In this document: piece after piece, positions 9,284 through 18,947 of the stretch
How positions within the stretch are numbered: the first letter of the stretch is position 1
Layout of the letters: every line of letters starts with the position of its first letter
Assembly: GCA_963702205.1 (NCBI GenBank)
Contig: OY969724.1
Coordinates: forward strand, 1,344,001 to 1,408,000
Length of the DNA stretch: 64,000 nt
Direction: 5' to 3'
From: an uncultured candidate division Zixibacteria bacterium
GTDB taxonomy: Bacteria > Zixibacteria > MSB-5A5 > GN15 > PGXB01
The notes under the pieces: model-generated
Told to the model about the DNA's origin: nothing
Databases searched by the model: none
Seen by the model: only the letters and a program-made list of their open reading frames with translations
Translations under genes and position numbers: made by a program

Positions 9284-10015
9284 TTAGAGCGCGGTGAACA
9301 GGCGGTCCCATCTTGTTTTCGACGGGAAATTGGTCAGGAAATAAAAGCCCATCTGGAACACCGAATGAATGTACGGGAAGCTCCATTTGGGGGAGGAACC
9401 GTCGGGTTCCCACGACCAGTACACAAACAGCGCCTTACCCCGGATGTTATTTTCGGGGACAAAACCCCAGTCACGACTGTCCTGGCTGTAATCGCGGTTG
9501 TCGCCGAGGACGAAATATTGATTGGGCGGCACTTCGATCGGCCCGAAATTATCGCGCATCGAAAGCTGGGCGGGCATAATCTTGGGGTCATAATTGACCG
9601 CGTTGGGGACTATCTCGGCGAGCATGTTATCAATATAAATAACTTTATCGATAATTTCAACCATTTGTCCCGGACCGGCGATAACGCGCTTGATGTACTC
9701 TTTCTTGGGGTCGAGCGGATAGTCGAAAACTATTATATCGCCATTGGCGGGGGTGCCGAATTTGTAGGCCAGCTTGTTGACGAAAATATAATCGCCCTCG
9801 TACAGCGACTGTTCCATCGACGAGGAATCAACGCGGTACGCCGAGACGACCAGTAACCGCAGGATTATGGCTGCCGTCAGAGATATGAGAACTACCTCAA
9901 CATATTCCCGCCAGAGAGGCTTTTGCTTTTTAACTTTAGCCTTCCTGCGGACCGGTCGGTTGGAGCTTTTGGTGTCGGTCTGACCAAGTTGCTCCAGCAA
10001 AAAATCTCTATCCAT
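9284..10015 (-). CDS. lepB: Signal peptidase I
   Basis: TM segment followed by SSSM (Ser), YIKRV (Lys) and GDNRDYSQDSR. Confidence 0.95.
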   Translation of the reverse strand: MDRDFLLEQLGQTDTKSSNRPVRRKAKVKKQKPLWREYVEVVLISLTAAIILRLLVVSAYRVDSSSMEQSLYEGDYIFVNKLAYKFGTPANGDIIVFDYPLDPKKEYIKRVIAGPGQMVEIIDKVIYIDNMLAEIVPNAVNYDPKIMPAQLSMRDNFGPIEVPPNQYFVLGDNRDYSQDSRDWGFVPENNIRGKALFVYWSWEPDGSSPKWSFPYIHSVFQMGFYFLTNFPSKTRWDRLFTAL

Positions 10016-10165
10016 ATGCTCAAAATATCGGATGAATCAGCTTATTCCTTTAATGAGTGTAATTTACGGCAAAGAAATAAATTAAGGCAATGGTTTTGAG
10101 TTGTCTTGAAAGCCGAATTGATATATGATTAGACAGCGTTGGAAAACCTGTACAAAGGAAGAACT

Positions 10166-10549
10166 ATGAAGGAATTAATTAATACCGATAAGGCTCCGGC
10201 CGCGGTCGGGCCGTATTCTCAAGCGATCAAAGTGGACGCCGGCAAGATGATTTTCTGCTCGGGGCAAATCCCGCTCGACCCGATTTCGGGCAAGATTATG
10301 GGCGCGTCGGCCGGGGAACAGGCCGAACAGGTGCTTAAAAATCTCAGCGCTGTTTTGCATGCCGCCGGTGCCGAACTCAAGAACGTCGTCAAAGCCAATA
10401 TCTATCTGACGAGTATGGCCGACTTCCAGGCGGTCAACGACGTTTACGCGCGCTATTTTACGCTGGACCTCCCGGCCCGGGCGTGTGTCGAGGTGGCACG
10501 GCTGCCGAAAGACGTCAAGGTTGAGATTGAAGCGATTGCCGTAATCTGA
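10166..10549 (+). CDS. ridA: RidA family enamine/imine deaminase
   Basis: AAGGA SD, ATG 10166; APAAVGPYSQA, PARACVEV, VEIEAIA. Confidence 0.93.
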   Translation: MKELINTDKAPAAVGPYSQAIKVDAGKMIFCSGQIPLDPISGKIMGASAGEQAEQVLKNLSAVLHAAGAELKNVVKANIYLTSMADFQAVNDVYARYFTLDLPARACVEVARLPKDVKVEIEAIAVI

Positions 10550-10550
10550 C

Positions 10551-11738
10551 GTGATAACAAAAAATATCCGACTTTTCTATGCTCTGGTGGGCTGTCAGGC
10601 GCTGAGCCTCGGTCTGATCTGGCCCGCTTACGTTCTATATTTCCGTCATTATCATGTCACCCTTTTCGAAGTGGCGACCCTGGCGGCGGTATTCGAGGCG
10701 TCGATCATAATTTTCGAACTTCCGACCGGAATCCTGGCCGACCGGCTGGGGCGGAAACTGTCAACGTCGGCTGGTTTTGCCGCCTATGTTCTGTCCGGCG
10801 CGGCGTTTATATTTTTGCAGAATTTCGCGGGATTTCTTCTGGCCGAAGTCTTGTTCGGGCTGGGTGAGTCGCTGATATCCGGGGCGCTTGAAGCGCTCGC
10901 GGTCGATTCGGCCGGGAAGAATTATAATGACAGTTTCGGCAAACGGCTTTTCTCTAACCGGGTCAGAGTAAAAAGCGGGGCGCTTCTGGTCGGGATGCTT
11001 GGCGGTGGTGCGCTGGCGGGCTGGAACCTGTCGGTTTTATTCTATCCTATCACGATTATATTTATGGCGGGTATGTTGTTATCGTTTTTGCTGACCGAGC
11101 CGGAGAGGAAGATTAAAGAGATAGGAACGGAGAATAATAAAAGCAAAAGATCGGTCAAAGAGATTGTTTTTGCCTCCGGTCTGGGGCCGCTGTTCGCGGT
11201 CGGGCTGATGGCCAATTTCGTTTTCGAGGGCCCGGATCAGTTCTGGCAGGTTCAGTTTTCGGAAGTGATGCATATTAATGCTTACTATTTCGGACTTTTG
11301 ACAGCGGCCGGACTCCTGGTGGTGGCGCTTGTCGCCCGGTGGACGGAAAAATTCTATGACCACCTCGGGGCTTTTCTTCTGGCCTGTTTTGCGGTTGCTG
11401 CGGCCGGAGTCTGGGGCGTGGCAACCGGCCGGATTGGCTGGGCCGTGGGGGGGATTATCGGCGTATTTGCAATTAAGGAACTCTTCCAGCCCGCAATATC
11501 ATATAGAATAAATTCCAGGATTAAAAGTGCCAATCGGGCGACGGTTCTCTCCGGATATAATCTGACCTGCTCGGTTGGCGAAGTGGCGGCGGCCTTTCTG
11601 GCGGGGATCATCGCGGCCAGACACGGATTGATCACGGTTTTCCATTTTGCGGCGATCTCGGCTATTTTGGTTCCGATTTTGTATCGCGCTTTCAAACGGA
11701 TTGAAGCGCGGGCGATGCTGATCAAGCCGGATAAATAA
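10551..11738 (+). CDS. MFS transporter
   Basis: About 12 hydrophobic segments; motif A ELPTGILADRLGRK. Confidence 0.9.
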   Translation: MITKNIRLFYALVGCQALSLGLIWPAYVLYFRHYHVTLFEVATLAAVFEASIIIFELPTGILADRLGRKLSTSAGFAAYVLSGAAFIFLQNFAGFLLAEVLFGLGESLISGALEALAVDSAGKNYNDSFGKRLFSNRVRVKSGALLVGMLGGGALAGWNLSVLFYPITIIFMAGMLLSFLLTEPERKIKEIGTENNKSKRSVKEIVFASGLGPLFAVGLMANFVFEGPDQFWQVQFSEVMHINAYYFGLLTAAGLLVVALVARWTEKFYDHLGAFLLACFAVAAAGVWGVATGRIGWAVGGIIGVFAIKELFQPAISYRINSRIKSANRATVLSGYNLTCSVGEVAAAFLAGIIAARHGLITVFHFAAISAILVPILYRAFKRIEARAMLIKPDK

Positions 11739-11814
11739 TTCATGCAATAAGCGCCTTGTGTACATGAGCTTAATAAAAATAGTCAAAAGAATGATATTTC
11801 TTTCCATAAATTGC

Positions 11815-11872
11815 TTGACATTTGGCCTAAAGCCTGCTTTTTTGTCCGAAAAATTTGTGACTTTTGTCACAA
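11815..11872 (+). promoter_or_regulatory. nuo promoter region with palindromic operator TTGTGAC-TTTT-GTCACAA (Rex- or CRP-like)
   Basis: TTGACA at 11815-11820; palindrome with perfect 7-bp arms at 11855-11872, 31 nt before nuoA. Confidence 0.65.
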
Positions 11873-11903
11873 GCGCAACGGGCGGCAGCGAGGTATGAAA
11901 TAG

Positions 11904-12257
11904 ATGGCCGATTATGCGGCAGTGTTAGTCTTCCTTCTTGTAGGCATCGGAATGGTGCTCTTCACATTCTTCCTTTCGCGACTGGTCAGGCCGGCCCATC
12001 CGTACCGGGAAAAGAACCAAAATTATGAATGTGCCGAAAAGCCGGTCGGTGATTCCTGGATTCAGTTCAACAACCGCTTTTATATTTTTGCACTGGTGTT
12101 TGTCGTGTTCGACGTGGAAGTGGTCTTTCTGTATCCGTGGGCGGTGGCTTTCGGCCAGCTGGGCCTGTTTGCATTGATTGAAATGGTCATATTTATCTGC
12201 ATCCTGATGATCGGCCTGGTGTACGCCTGGAAGAAGGGAGTCCTGAAGTGGGTATAA
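11904..12257 (+). CDS. nuoA: Complex I subunit A
   Basis: YECAE, FYIFALVFVVFDVEVVFLYPWA, C-terminal WKKGVLKW. Confidence 0.95.
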   Translation: MADYAAVLVFLLVGIGMVLFTFFLSRLVRPAHPYREKNQNYECAEKPVGDSWIQFNNRFYIFALVFVVFDVEVVFLYPWAVAFGQLGLFALIEMVIFICILMIGLVYAWKKGVLKWV

Positions 12258-12754
12258 TCAAAAAGCTCCCGGTGTTTCTGGAAAAGGTCCCCGGTGGCGG
12301 GATTGTGACGACGTCACTGGATTATATTTTCAGTCAGTCGCAGGCCAGTTCGCTGTGGTACCTTCTGTTCGGGACGGCCTGCTGTGCTATCGAACTGATG
12401 GCGACCGGGGCCTCGCGATACGATTTCGACCGTCTCGGCATGATTTTCCGTGCCTCACCGCGCCAGTCGGATTTGATTATCGCCGCCGGAACGATCACCA
12501 AAAAAATGGCTCCGAGATTACGGCTGCTGTACGATCAGATGGCCGAGCCGCGCTATGTTATAGCGATGGGCGGATGCACCGTCAAGGGCGGACCGTTCTA
12601 CTACGACAGCTATGCGGTCGAGAAGGGTATCAACCACATAGTCCCGGTCGACGTCTATATCCCCGGCTGCCCGCCGCGTCCGGAATCTTTGATGGAAGGC
12701 TGTTTGACTCTTCAGAAAAAAGTGAAACGTCTCAAAATGCAGGACTGGAGTTAA
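12248..12754 (+). CDS. nuoB: Complex I subunit B
   Basis: GTACCAIE, RASPRQSD, VDVYIPGCPPRPE. Confidence 0.96.
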   Translation: MGIIKKLPVFLEKVPGGGIVTTSLDYIFSQSQASSLWYLLFGTACCAIELMATGASRYDFDRLGMIFRASPRQSDLIIAAGTITKKMAPRLRLLYDQMAEPRYVIAMGGCTVKGGPFYYDSYAVEKGINHIVPVDVYIPGCPPRPESLMEGCLTLQKKVKRLKMQDWS

Positions 12755-12769
12755 GGGAAGATATCGTTC

Positions 12770-13240
12770 ATGGATCGCGAACAGCTTATAAAATATATTC
12801 AGGATAAATTTCAGGGTAAAGTCGAACTTCTGGAATGCGGAAGAGTCGAACCGTTTTTCAAGATAGAACTCGGTTTTCTTAAAGAATTCAGTCTGGCGAT
12901 CAGAGACGATGCCACGCTCGGTATGGATTACCTGTGCAATATCGCGGCGGTCGATACCGGTGAACATTTTGAAGTCGTTTACTCTGTCGCGTCGGTTAAG
13001 AATAAAATTCGTTTTGAATACAAAATATTTTCCGACCGCGAGGATCCCGAAATTAATTCAGTGATCGATATCTGGCCGGGAGCCAATTGGTACGAGCGCG
13101 AAGTCTGGGAGCTGTTCGGCATTAATGTCAAAGATCACCCGATGCTGAAGCGCTTTTTATTGCCCGATGACTGGAACCAGGGGAACCCTATGCGCAAGGA
13201 CTGGGATGCCCCCGATTTTGTAAGGCTGCCAGAAAATTGA
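12770..13240 (+). CDS. nuoC: Complex I subunit C
   Basis: ANWYEREVWELFGI...HP...PMRKD. Confidence 0.94.
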   Translation: MDREQLIKYIQDKFQGKVELLECGRVEPFFKIELGFLKEFSLAIRDDATLGMDYLCNIAAVDTGEHFEVVYSVASVKNKIRFEYKIFSDREDPEINSVIDIWPGANWYEREVWELFGINVKDHPMLKRFLLPDDWNQGNPMRKDWDAPDFVRLPEN

Positions 13241-14349
13241 GCGAAGTGGATAAATTACAGGCCGAAGAGTTCGTGCTCAATATGGGCCCGCACCATCCAT
13301 CGACACACGGCGTCTGCCGGTTCGTGTTGAAGATGGAAGGGGAGGTCATCAGGGACGTCGAACCGGTCGTCGGTTATCTTCATCGGGCGCTCGAAAAAAT
13401 CTGTGAAAACCGCACCTACGCTCAGATAATTCCGGTCACCGACCGTTTCGAATACTGCACGGCGATGTCATGCAACATGGCTTTCGCCCTGGCCGTGGAA
13501 AAGCTGGCCGAAATGGAAGTCCCCGAACGCGCGCAGTACCTCCGGATTATCATGCTGGAGCTGAACCGTATCGCGTCGCATCTTATCTGGTTCGGGACAA
13601 CCGCGCTCGACCTCGGCGCTATCACGCCGTTCCTGTACGGTTTCCGCGAACGTGAAGATATATTGGACCTGTTCGAGATGACCTGCGGTCAAAGGTTGAC
13701 GTACAATTATATAAGAGTCGGCGGCGTGTCCCGCGACATTCCCGAACCGTTCGTGCCGCGCTGTCGTGAATTCCTCGATAAATTCGATGCCTGTGTCGAT
13801 GACTACGAACGGCTTTTGACGGAAAACGTGATTTTTGTCGTTCGCAATAAAAACATAGGCGTTCTTTCGCCGGAAAAGGCGATTGCGTGGGGCGTGTCCG
13901 GCCCGGCTTTGAGAGCCTCGGGTGTCAAGCACGATCTTCGCCGCGACGACCCCTATTGTATTTATGACCGTTTCGATTTTGAAATTCCAACCTGTCAGAA
14001 TGGTGATTGTTACGACCGATACGTCATCCGTATCAAAGAGATGCGCGAGTCGGCCAAAATTGTCCGTCAGGCTCTGGATCAACTGCCCGAAGGCGACACG
14101 CGCGCCAAAGTCAAGATGTTGTTCAAGCCACCGGCGGGCGAGGTGTACAGCCGGATTGAAAATTCCCGTGGTGAGATGGGTATGTATGTCATATCCGATG
14201 CGTCGACCAAGCCGGTTCGGGTCAAGATGAAGGGCGGGTCGTTCAATCAACTGCAGGTGATGCCGGAAATCGTGCGCGGCCACAAGATTGCCGACCTGGT
14301 GGCGATTATGGCGTCGATGGATGTAATCATGCCGGAGGTTGACCGCTGA
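13237..14349 (+). CDS. nuoD: Complex I subunit D
   Basis: NMGPHHPSTHGV, GYLHRALEK, ELNRIASHL, ends EVDR; no NiFe CxxC pairs. Confidence 0.95.
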   Translation: MSEVDKLQAEEFVLNMGPHHPSTHGVCRFVLKMEGEVIRDVEPVVGYLHRALEKICENRTYAQIIPVTDRFEYCTAMSCNMAFALAVEKLAEMEVPERAQYLRIIMLELNRIASHLIWFGTTALDLGAITPFLYGFREREDILDLFEMTCGQRLTYNYIRVGGVSRDIPEPFVPRCREFLDKFDACVDDYERLLTENVIFVVRNKNIGVLSPEKAIAWGVSGPALRASGVKHDLRRDDPYCIYDRFDFEIPTCQNGDCYDRYVIRIKEMRESAKIVRQALDQLPEGDTRAKVKMLFKPPAGEVYSRIENSRGEMGMYVISDASTKPVRVKMKGGSFNQLQVMPEIVRGHKIADLVAIMASMDVIMPEVDR

Positions 14350-15392
14350 TGGAACTGGCCGGGATTTTCAAATATCTGTACGAGCAACTGGTGGCGACCG
14401 GTCTACCGCAGGGATGGGTCGATTTTATTTCCATGGCCGTCGCGGCTGTCATAATTTTCGGATTCCTGTCGGTTTGCGCTTTGTTTTTGGTCTGGTGGGA
14501 GCGAAAGGTCTCGGCGCACATACAACAAAGATTCGGTCCGATGCGCACCGGCTGGCACGGCTGGCGTCAGACTATCGCCGACGCCATCAAGCTTATCCAA
14601 AAAGAGGACATTACGCCGTCGACGGCCGACCGCGCAGTCTTCTTCTGGGCCCCGGTGATCTGCTTCGTGGCCGCTTTCGCGGTGTACGTGGTCATGCCGT
14701 TCGGGAAAGGACTGATCGTGTCCGATCTCAACGTCGGTATTCTTTATATAGTCGCAATTACGAGTTTTACGATCATATCGCTTTTGATGGCCGGATGGGG
14801 TTCCAACAATAAGTACGCCCTGCTGGGCGGGATGCGCTCGGCGGCACAGATCGTAAGTTACGAAGTCCCGATGGTGGTGACGATCTGCTCGGTGGTTTTG
14901 TTCGCCGGATCGCTTTCGATGGTCGACATCGTGCAGTCGCAGGCGCAGATTTATCAATGGTACATATTCCGTCTGCCGTTCGGCCCGATAGCTTTCTTCA
15001 TATATATAATAACCGGCACAGCCGAAACCAACCGCACGCCGTTCGACCTGCCCGAGGCCGAACAGGAACTGGTGGCCGGATTCAATGTCGAATATTCCGG
15101 GATGAAATTTGCCATGTTCTTCCTGGCCGAGTTTGTCAATATGTTCACGGTTTCGGCGATAGCCACGACACTCTTTCTGGGCGGCTGGCAGGGACCGTTT
15201 CTGCCGTCGTGGATGTGGTTTTTGGGCAAAACACTGGTGCTGGTATTCGTTCTTATGTGGTTCCGGTGGACGTACCCGCGCCTCCGCGTCGACCAGCTTA
15301 TGGAATTTTCGTGGAAGTTTTTGCTTCCGTTGGCGTTCGCCAATCTGGTTCTGGCGAGTTTGATGAAATATTCAGGGTGGTTTAACTGGTAA
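14349..15392 (+). CDS. nuoH: Complex I subunit H
   Basis: ERKVSAHIQQRFGP, AETNRTPFDLPEAEQELVAG, PRLRVDQL. Confidence 0.96.
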   Translation: MELAGIFKYLYEQLVATGLPQGWVDFISMAVAAVIIFGFLSVCALFLVWWERKVSAHIQQRFGPMRTGWHGWRQTIADAIKLIQKEDITPSTADRAVFFWAPVICFVAAFAVYVVMPFGKGLIVSDLNVGILYIVAITSFTIISLLMAGWGSNNKYALLGGMRSAAQIVSYEVPMVVTICSVVLFAGSLSMVDIVQSQAQIYQWYIFRLPFGPIAFFIYIITGTAETNRTPFDLPEAEQELVAGFNVEYSGMKFAMFFLAEFVNMFTVSAIATTLFLGGWQGPFLPSWMWFLGKTLVLVFVLMWFRWTYPRLRVDQLMEFSWKFLLPLAFANLVLASLMKYSGWFNW

Positions 15393-16024
15393 TGGGTTTG
15401 GTCAAAGACATCAAAAATCTGGTGATCGGTCTGTTTACGACCGGTAAGCATTTGGGTCGGCACGCCATAACGCTGCAGTATCCGACCGAGAAATGGCCTA
15501 TGCCGGAGCGCTCGCGCGGGATTGTCGTGCTGTTATCCGACAAAGAAACCGGCGACCTGAACTGTACCACCTGTTTGCTGTGCATGAAAGCCTGCCCGAC
15601 GGCGGCGATTCAGATAAATTACGACAAGGGTGAAAAGGGCAAAAGGACTTTGAACGACTTCGTGATAGATTTCGGATTGTGCTGCTATTGCGGTCTGTGC
15701 GAGGAATCCTGCAATTTCACGGCCATCAAGATGGACACGATGTACGAATTCTCGACCGAAAACAAGGACGATCTGGTCTGGCACACCGGCAAGCTTCAGG
15801 AGATGGGCCGCAATACACCATATGAACCTCTGCCCAAAAAGAAACCGGTTGAAAAACCGCCGGAAAAGAAAGAAGATGCTCGCGCTGCTAATCCGGAAGA
15901 TGCACAACCTCGGCAAGCCGCAGCAGCGAATGATGACAACAAGTCGGCAGCACCACAACCCAAGGATGGCCCCAGCGACAGTGCCGATACGGATAAGAAA
16001 GAATCCGAGGGGGGGACGGTATGA
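15392..16024 (+). CDS. nuoI: Complex I subunit I (2x[4Fe-4S]) with low-complexity C-terminal tail
   Basis: CTTCLLCMKACP and CCYCGLCEESC motifs. Confidence 0.93.
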   Translation: MGLVKDIKNLVIGLFTTGKHLGRHAITLQYPTEKWPMPERSRGIVVLLSDKETGDLNCTTCLLCMKACPTAAIQINYDKGEKGKRTLNDFVIDFGLCCYCGLCEESCNFTAIKMDTMYEFSTENKDDLVWHTGKLQEMGRNTPYEPLPKKKPVEKPPEKKEDARAANPEDAQPRQAAAANDDNKSAAPQPKDGPSDSADTDKKESEGGTV

Positions 16025-16557
16025 CACAATTCATTGACAAGCTTGCGGAGTTTTATAATTTCGTTTATGCGAATCCCCTGTTCTGCCTGCTGAGTTTTAT
16101 AATTATTATCTGCGCCATTTATGTAGTGACATTGAAAAACATATTTCACAGCGCCATCTTTTTGATTTTGACGCTATTTTCGGTCGCGGGAATTTATGTA
16201 TTGCTCGGTGCAGAATTTTTGGCGGCCTCACAGGTGCTCATATACGTCGGGGCAGTGTCGGTTCTTATGATTTTCGCGATAATGCTCACGTCACGGTTGG
16301 CCTCGAAAAAAATCGAGCAGTCCAACGAGCAGGTCCCGACGGCGATATTTATCTGCGCCGGATTTTTGCTTATCTCGCTCGGATCGTTTACCAATACCGT
16401 CTGGCGCATGAGCAAGGAAGTGCTTCCGGAGAAAAATATTTTGACGATCGGCAAGCTCTTGATGACCGATTATGTCCTGCCGTTCGAGGTCGTCTCCATA
16501 GTTCTGCTGGCGGCTTTGATCGGCGCGATTGTTTTGTCCCGAAAGGCGGGCGCATGA
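16021..16557 (+). CDS. nuoJ: Complex I subunit J
   Basis: QVLIYVGAVSVL, LPFEVVSIVLLAALIGAI. Confidence 0.94.
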   Translation: MTQFIDKLAEFYNFVYANPLFCLLSFIIIICAIYVVTLKNIFHSAIFLILTLFSVAGIYVLLGAEFLAASQVLIYVGAVSVLMIFAIMLTSRLASKKIEQSNEQVPTAIFICAGFLLISLGSFTNTVWRMSKEVLPEKNILTIGKLLMTDYVLPFEVVSIVLLAALIGAIVLSRKAGA

Positions 16558-16856
16558 TGCTGCAATATTTGGCTCTGGCGGCGATATTGTTCGCCATCGG
16601 TCTGTTCGGTGTCATGACACGCCGTAATTCCATCGGGATATTGATGTCACTGGAATTAATGTTCAACGCAGTCAATATAAACCTGGTCGCCTTCAATAAG
16701 TACATTGGAGCCGACGGCCTGACCGGTCAGATATTCTCGCTGTTCGTGATCGTCATCGCCGCCGCCGAAGCGGTGGTCGGACTGGCGATCGTGCTGCTGT
16801 TGTATCGCAACTGGCGGGGTATCGAAGTGGACCGGATAAATATAATGAAGTGGTAA
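16554..16856 (+). CDS. nuoK: Complex I subunit K
   Basis: LMSLELMFNAVN, AAAEAVVGLA. Confidence 0.95.
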   Translation: MMLQYLALAAILFAIGLFGVMTRRNSIGILMSLELMFNAVNINLVAFNKYIGADGLTGQIFSLFVIVIAAAEAVVGLAIVLLLYRNWRGIEVDRINIMKW

Positions 16857-16857
16857 T

Positions 16858-18930
16858 ATGCTGGAAAAAGCCTTTCTCATACCGTTTTATCCTCTGCTTG
16901 GTTTCCTGGTGATTGTATTTTTCACCCGGTGGAAAGAGAAATTGTCGTCGGCCATATCGATCTCGATGATCCTCCTGGCTTTCCTGCATTCCGCCGCCGT
17001 CCTGGTCGCCATGATCGGTCGTCACGGCGAACCGCTTCAGATGGCCTATACGTTTATCGACCATCCGGCTATCAAGCTGGAACTGGGTATGTGGATCGAC
17101 GGTTTGACCGCGGTCATGCTGATGGTCGTGACGATCGTATCGTCGTGCGTGCAGATATATTCGCTCGGTTACATGAAAGACGACCCGCGCTGGAGCCGGT
17201 ACTATTCGTACCTGTCGCTATTCACGTTCTCCATGCTCGGGCTGGTTATTGCCAATAACTTCTTTATGATATTCATCTTCTGGGAACTGGTCGGGTTGAC
17301 GTCGTATTTGCTGATCGGTTTCTGGTTCGAGAAAAAGTCGGCGGCCGACGCCGGTAAAAAAGCTTTTATTACTACCCGTGTAGGCGACCTCGGCTTCATT
17401 GTCGGACTCATGATTTTGGTCGCCTATGCAGGTACTTTAAACTATCAGGAAGTCTTCGCGAAAGTCGCGTCGGGTGCGATCCCGGGCAACATCATTGCAA
17501 TAGCGGGTATTTTAGTGTTCTGCGGGGCGGTCGGTAAATCGGCCCAGTTCCCGCTGCACGTCTGGTTGCCCGACGCCATGGAAGGCCCGACTCCCGTTTC
17601 GGCTTTGATCCACGCCGCGACTATGGTCGCCGCCGGGGTGTACCTCGTGGCGCGCGGTATGACGCTGTTCGCAGGATCATCTACGGCCGCGATGGTGATC
17701 GCCGTGATCGGCGCGGTGACGTCGTTCATGGCGGCGACGATTGCCCTGACCCAGAACGACATCAAGCGGGTCCTGGCTTATTCGACCTGCAGTCAGCTGG
17801 GGTACATGATCATGGCCCTGGGGTTGTACGGCGTCGATCTGGCGCACGACCCGATGACGCATTCGGTGGGGTACTACGCCGGGACGTTCCACCTGATGAC
17901 CCACGCCTTTTTCAAATCTCTGTTATTTTTAGGCGCCGGTTCGGTGATACACGCGGTGCACACCAACGATATCAACGACATGGGCGGGTTGTCGAAAAAG
18001 ATGAAAATCACGACGATGACTTTCTTTATCGCGTCGTTGTCGATCTCGGGGATTTTCCCGTTTTCGGGCTTTTGGTCCAAGGATGAAATTGTTGCGTCGA
18101 CCATCGGACATCCGATATTCATGGCCGTGACGCTTCTGATCGCGTTCATGACCGCTTTCTATATGTTCCGCCTCTGCTTCCTGACTTTCACCGGCGAGCC
18201 GCGCGATCAGCACCGTTTCGAGCACGCCCACGAATCTCCATGGAGTATGACCATTCCGCTTATGGTCCTGGCGTTCTTATCTATCTTCGCCGGTTGGGTG
18301 GGACTGCCCTGGCTTTCTCACGGATTTTCATCGTTCGTGTATCACGGCGAGCACCACGTGCACCATCCCAATTATATAATGATGATTGTCTCGACCATCG
18401 TGGCGGTGTCCGGTATCTGGCTGGCCTACATGATGTATTACAAGAAAGCTATCTCGGCCGATGCTATGGCCGAACGGTTCAAACTGTTGTATAAAATTTC
18501 TTTCAATAAATGGTACTTCGACGAAATTTACGCCGCGATCATTATCAATCCGCTCCTCGGTTTTACCAGAGTGATGTGGTGGTTCGACGCCAACATAATC
18601 GACGGGGTCGTCAACGGCTCCGGCTGGCTGACCATCAAGTGGTCCGATTTGAAAATGTGGTTTGATAAGTACATCATCGACGGTATCGTCAACGGTCTCG
18701 GTTATATATGCCAGGCCGGGTCGTGGGCTTTGAAATTCATCCAGAGTGGTTCGGTTCAGTTTTATACTCTGGTCATGCTCGGCTCGGCGGTGGGATTCGT
18801 GATATACAGGGTGACACCGGAGGGGTTTTATTATTACCTGGCGGGCGTCGTGATTCTGGCGCTGGCCCGTCTGTTGTCGAAAATTTCCCAGGCCAACCGG
18901 CTCAAAACGGAACCGAATATCGAAGGGTAG
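16858..18930 (+). CDS. nuoL: Complex I subunit L (with 26-aa lateral-helix duplication)
   Basis: GKSAQFPLHVWLPDAMEGPTPVSALIHAATMV, THAFFKSLLFL. Confidence 0.96.
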   Translation: MLEKAFLIPFYPLLGFLVIVFFTRWKEKLSSAISISMILLAFLHSAAVLVAMIGRHGEPLQMAYTFIDHPAIKLELGMWIDGLTAVMLMVVTIVSSCVQIYSLGYMKDDPRWSRYYSYLSLFTFSMLGLVIANNFFMIFIFWELVGLTSYLLIGFWFEKKSAADAGKKAFITTRVGDLGFIVGLMILVAYAGTLNYQEVFAKVASGAIPGNIIAIAGILVFCGAVGKSAQFPLHVWLPDAMEGPTPVSALIHAATMVAAGVYLVARGMTLFAGSSTAAMVIAVIGAVTSFMAATIALTQNDIKRVLAYSTCSQLGYMIMALGLYGVDLAHDPMTHSVGYYAGTFHLMTHAFFKSLLFLGAGSVIHAVHTNDINDMGGLSKKMKITTMTFFIASLSISGIFPFSGFWSKDEIVASTIGHPIFMAVTLLIAFMTAFYMFRLCFLTFTGEPRDQHRFEHAHESPWSMTIPLMVLAFLSIFAGWVGLPWLSHGFSSFVYHGEHHVHHPNYIMMIVSTIVAVSGIWLAYMMYYKKAISADAMAERFKLLYKISFNKWYFDEIYAAIIINPLLGFTRVMWWFDANIIDGVVNGSGWLTIKWSDLKMWFDKYIIDGIVNGLGYICQAGSWALKFIQSGSVQFYTLVMLGSAVGFVIYRVTPEGFYYYLAGVVILALARLLSKISQANRLKTEPNIEG

Positions 18931-18947
18931 GAGGATAATATACGCTT

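Noticed and set aside
12248..14349. Group 4 NiFe hydrogenase
   Set aside because: The large subunit lacks N- and C-terminal CxxC Ni ligands and ends EVDR like NuoD
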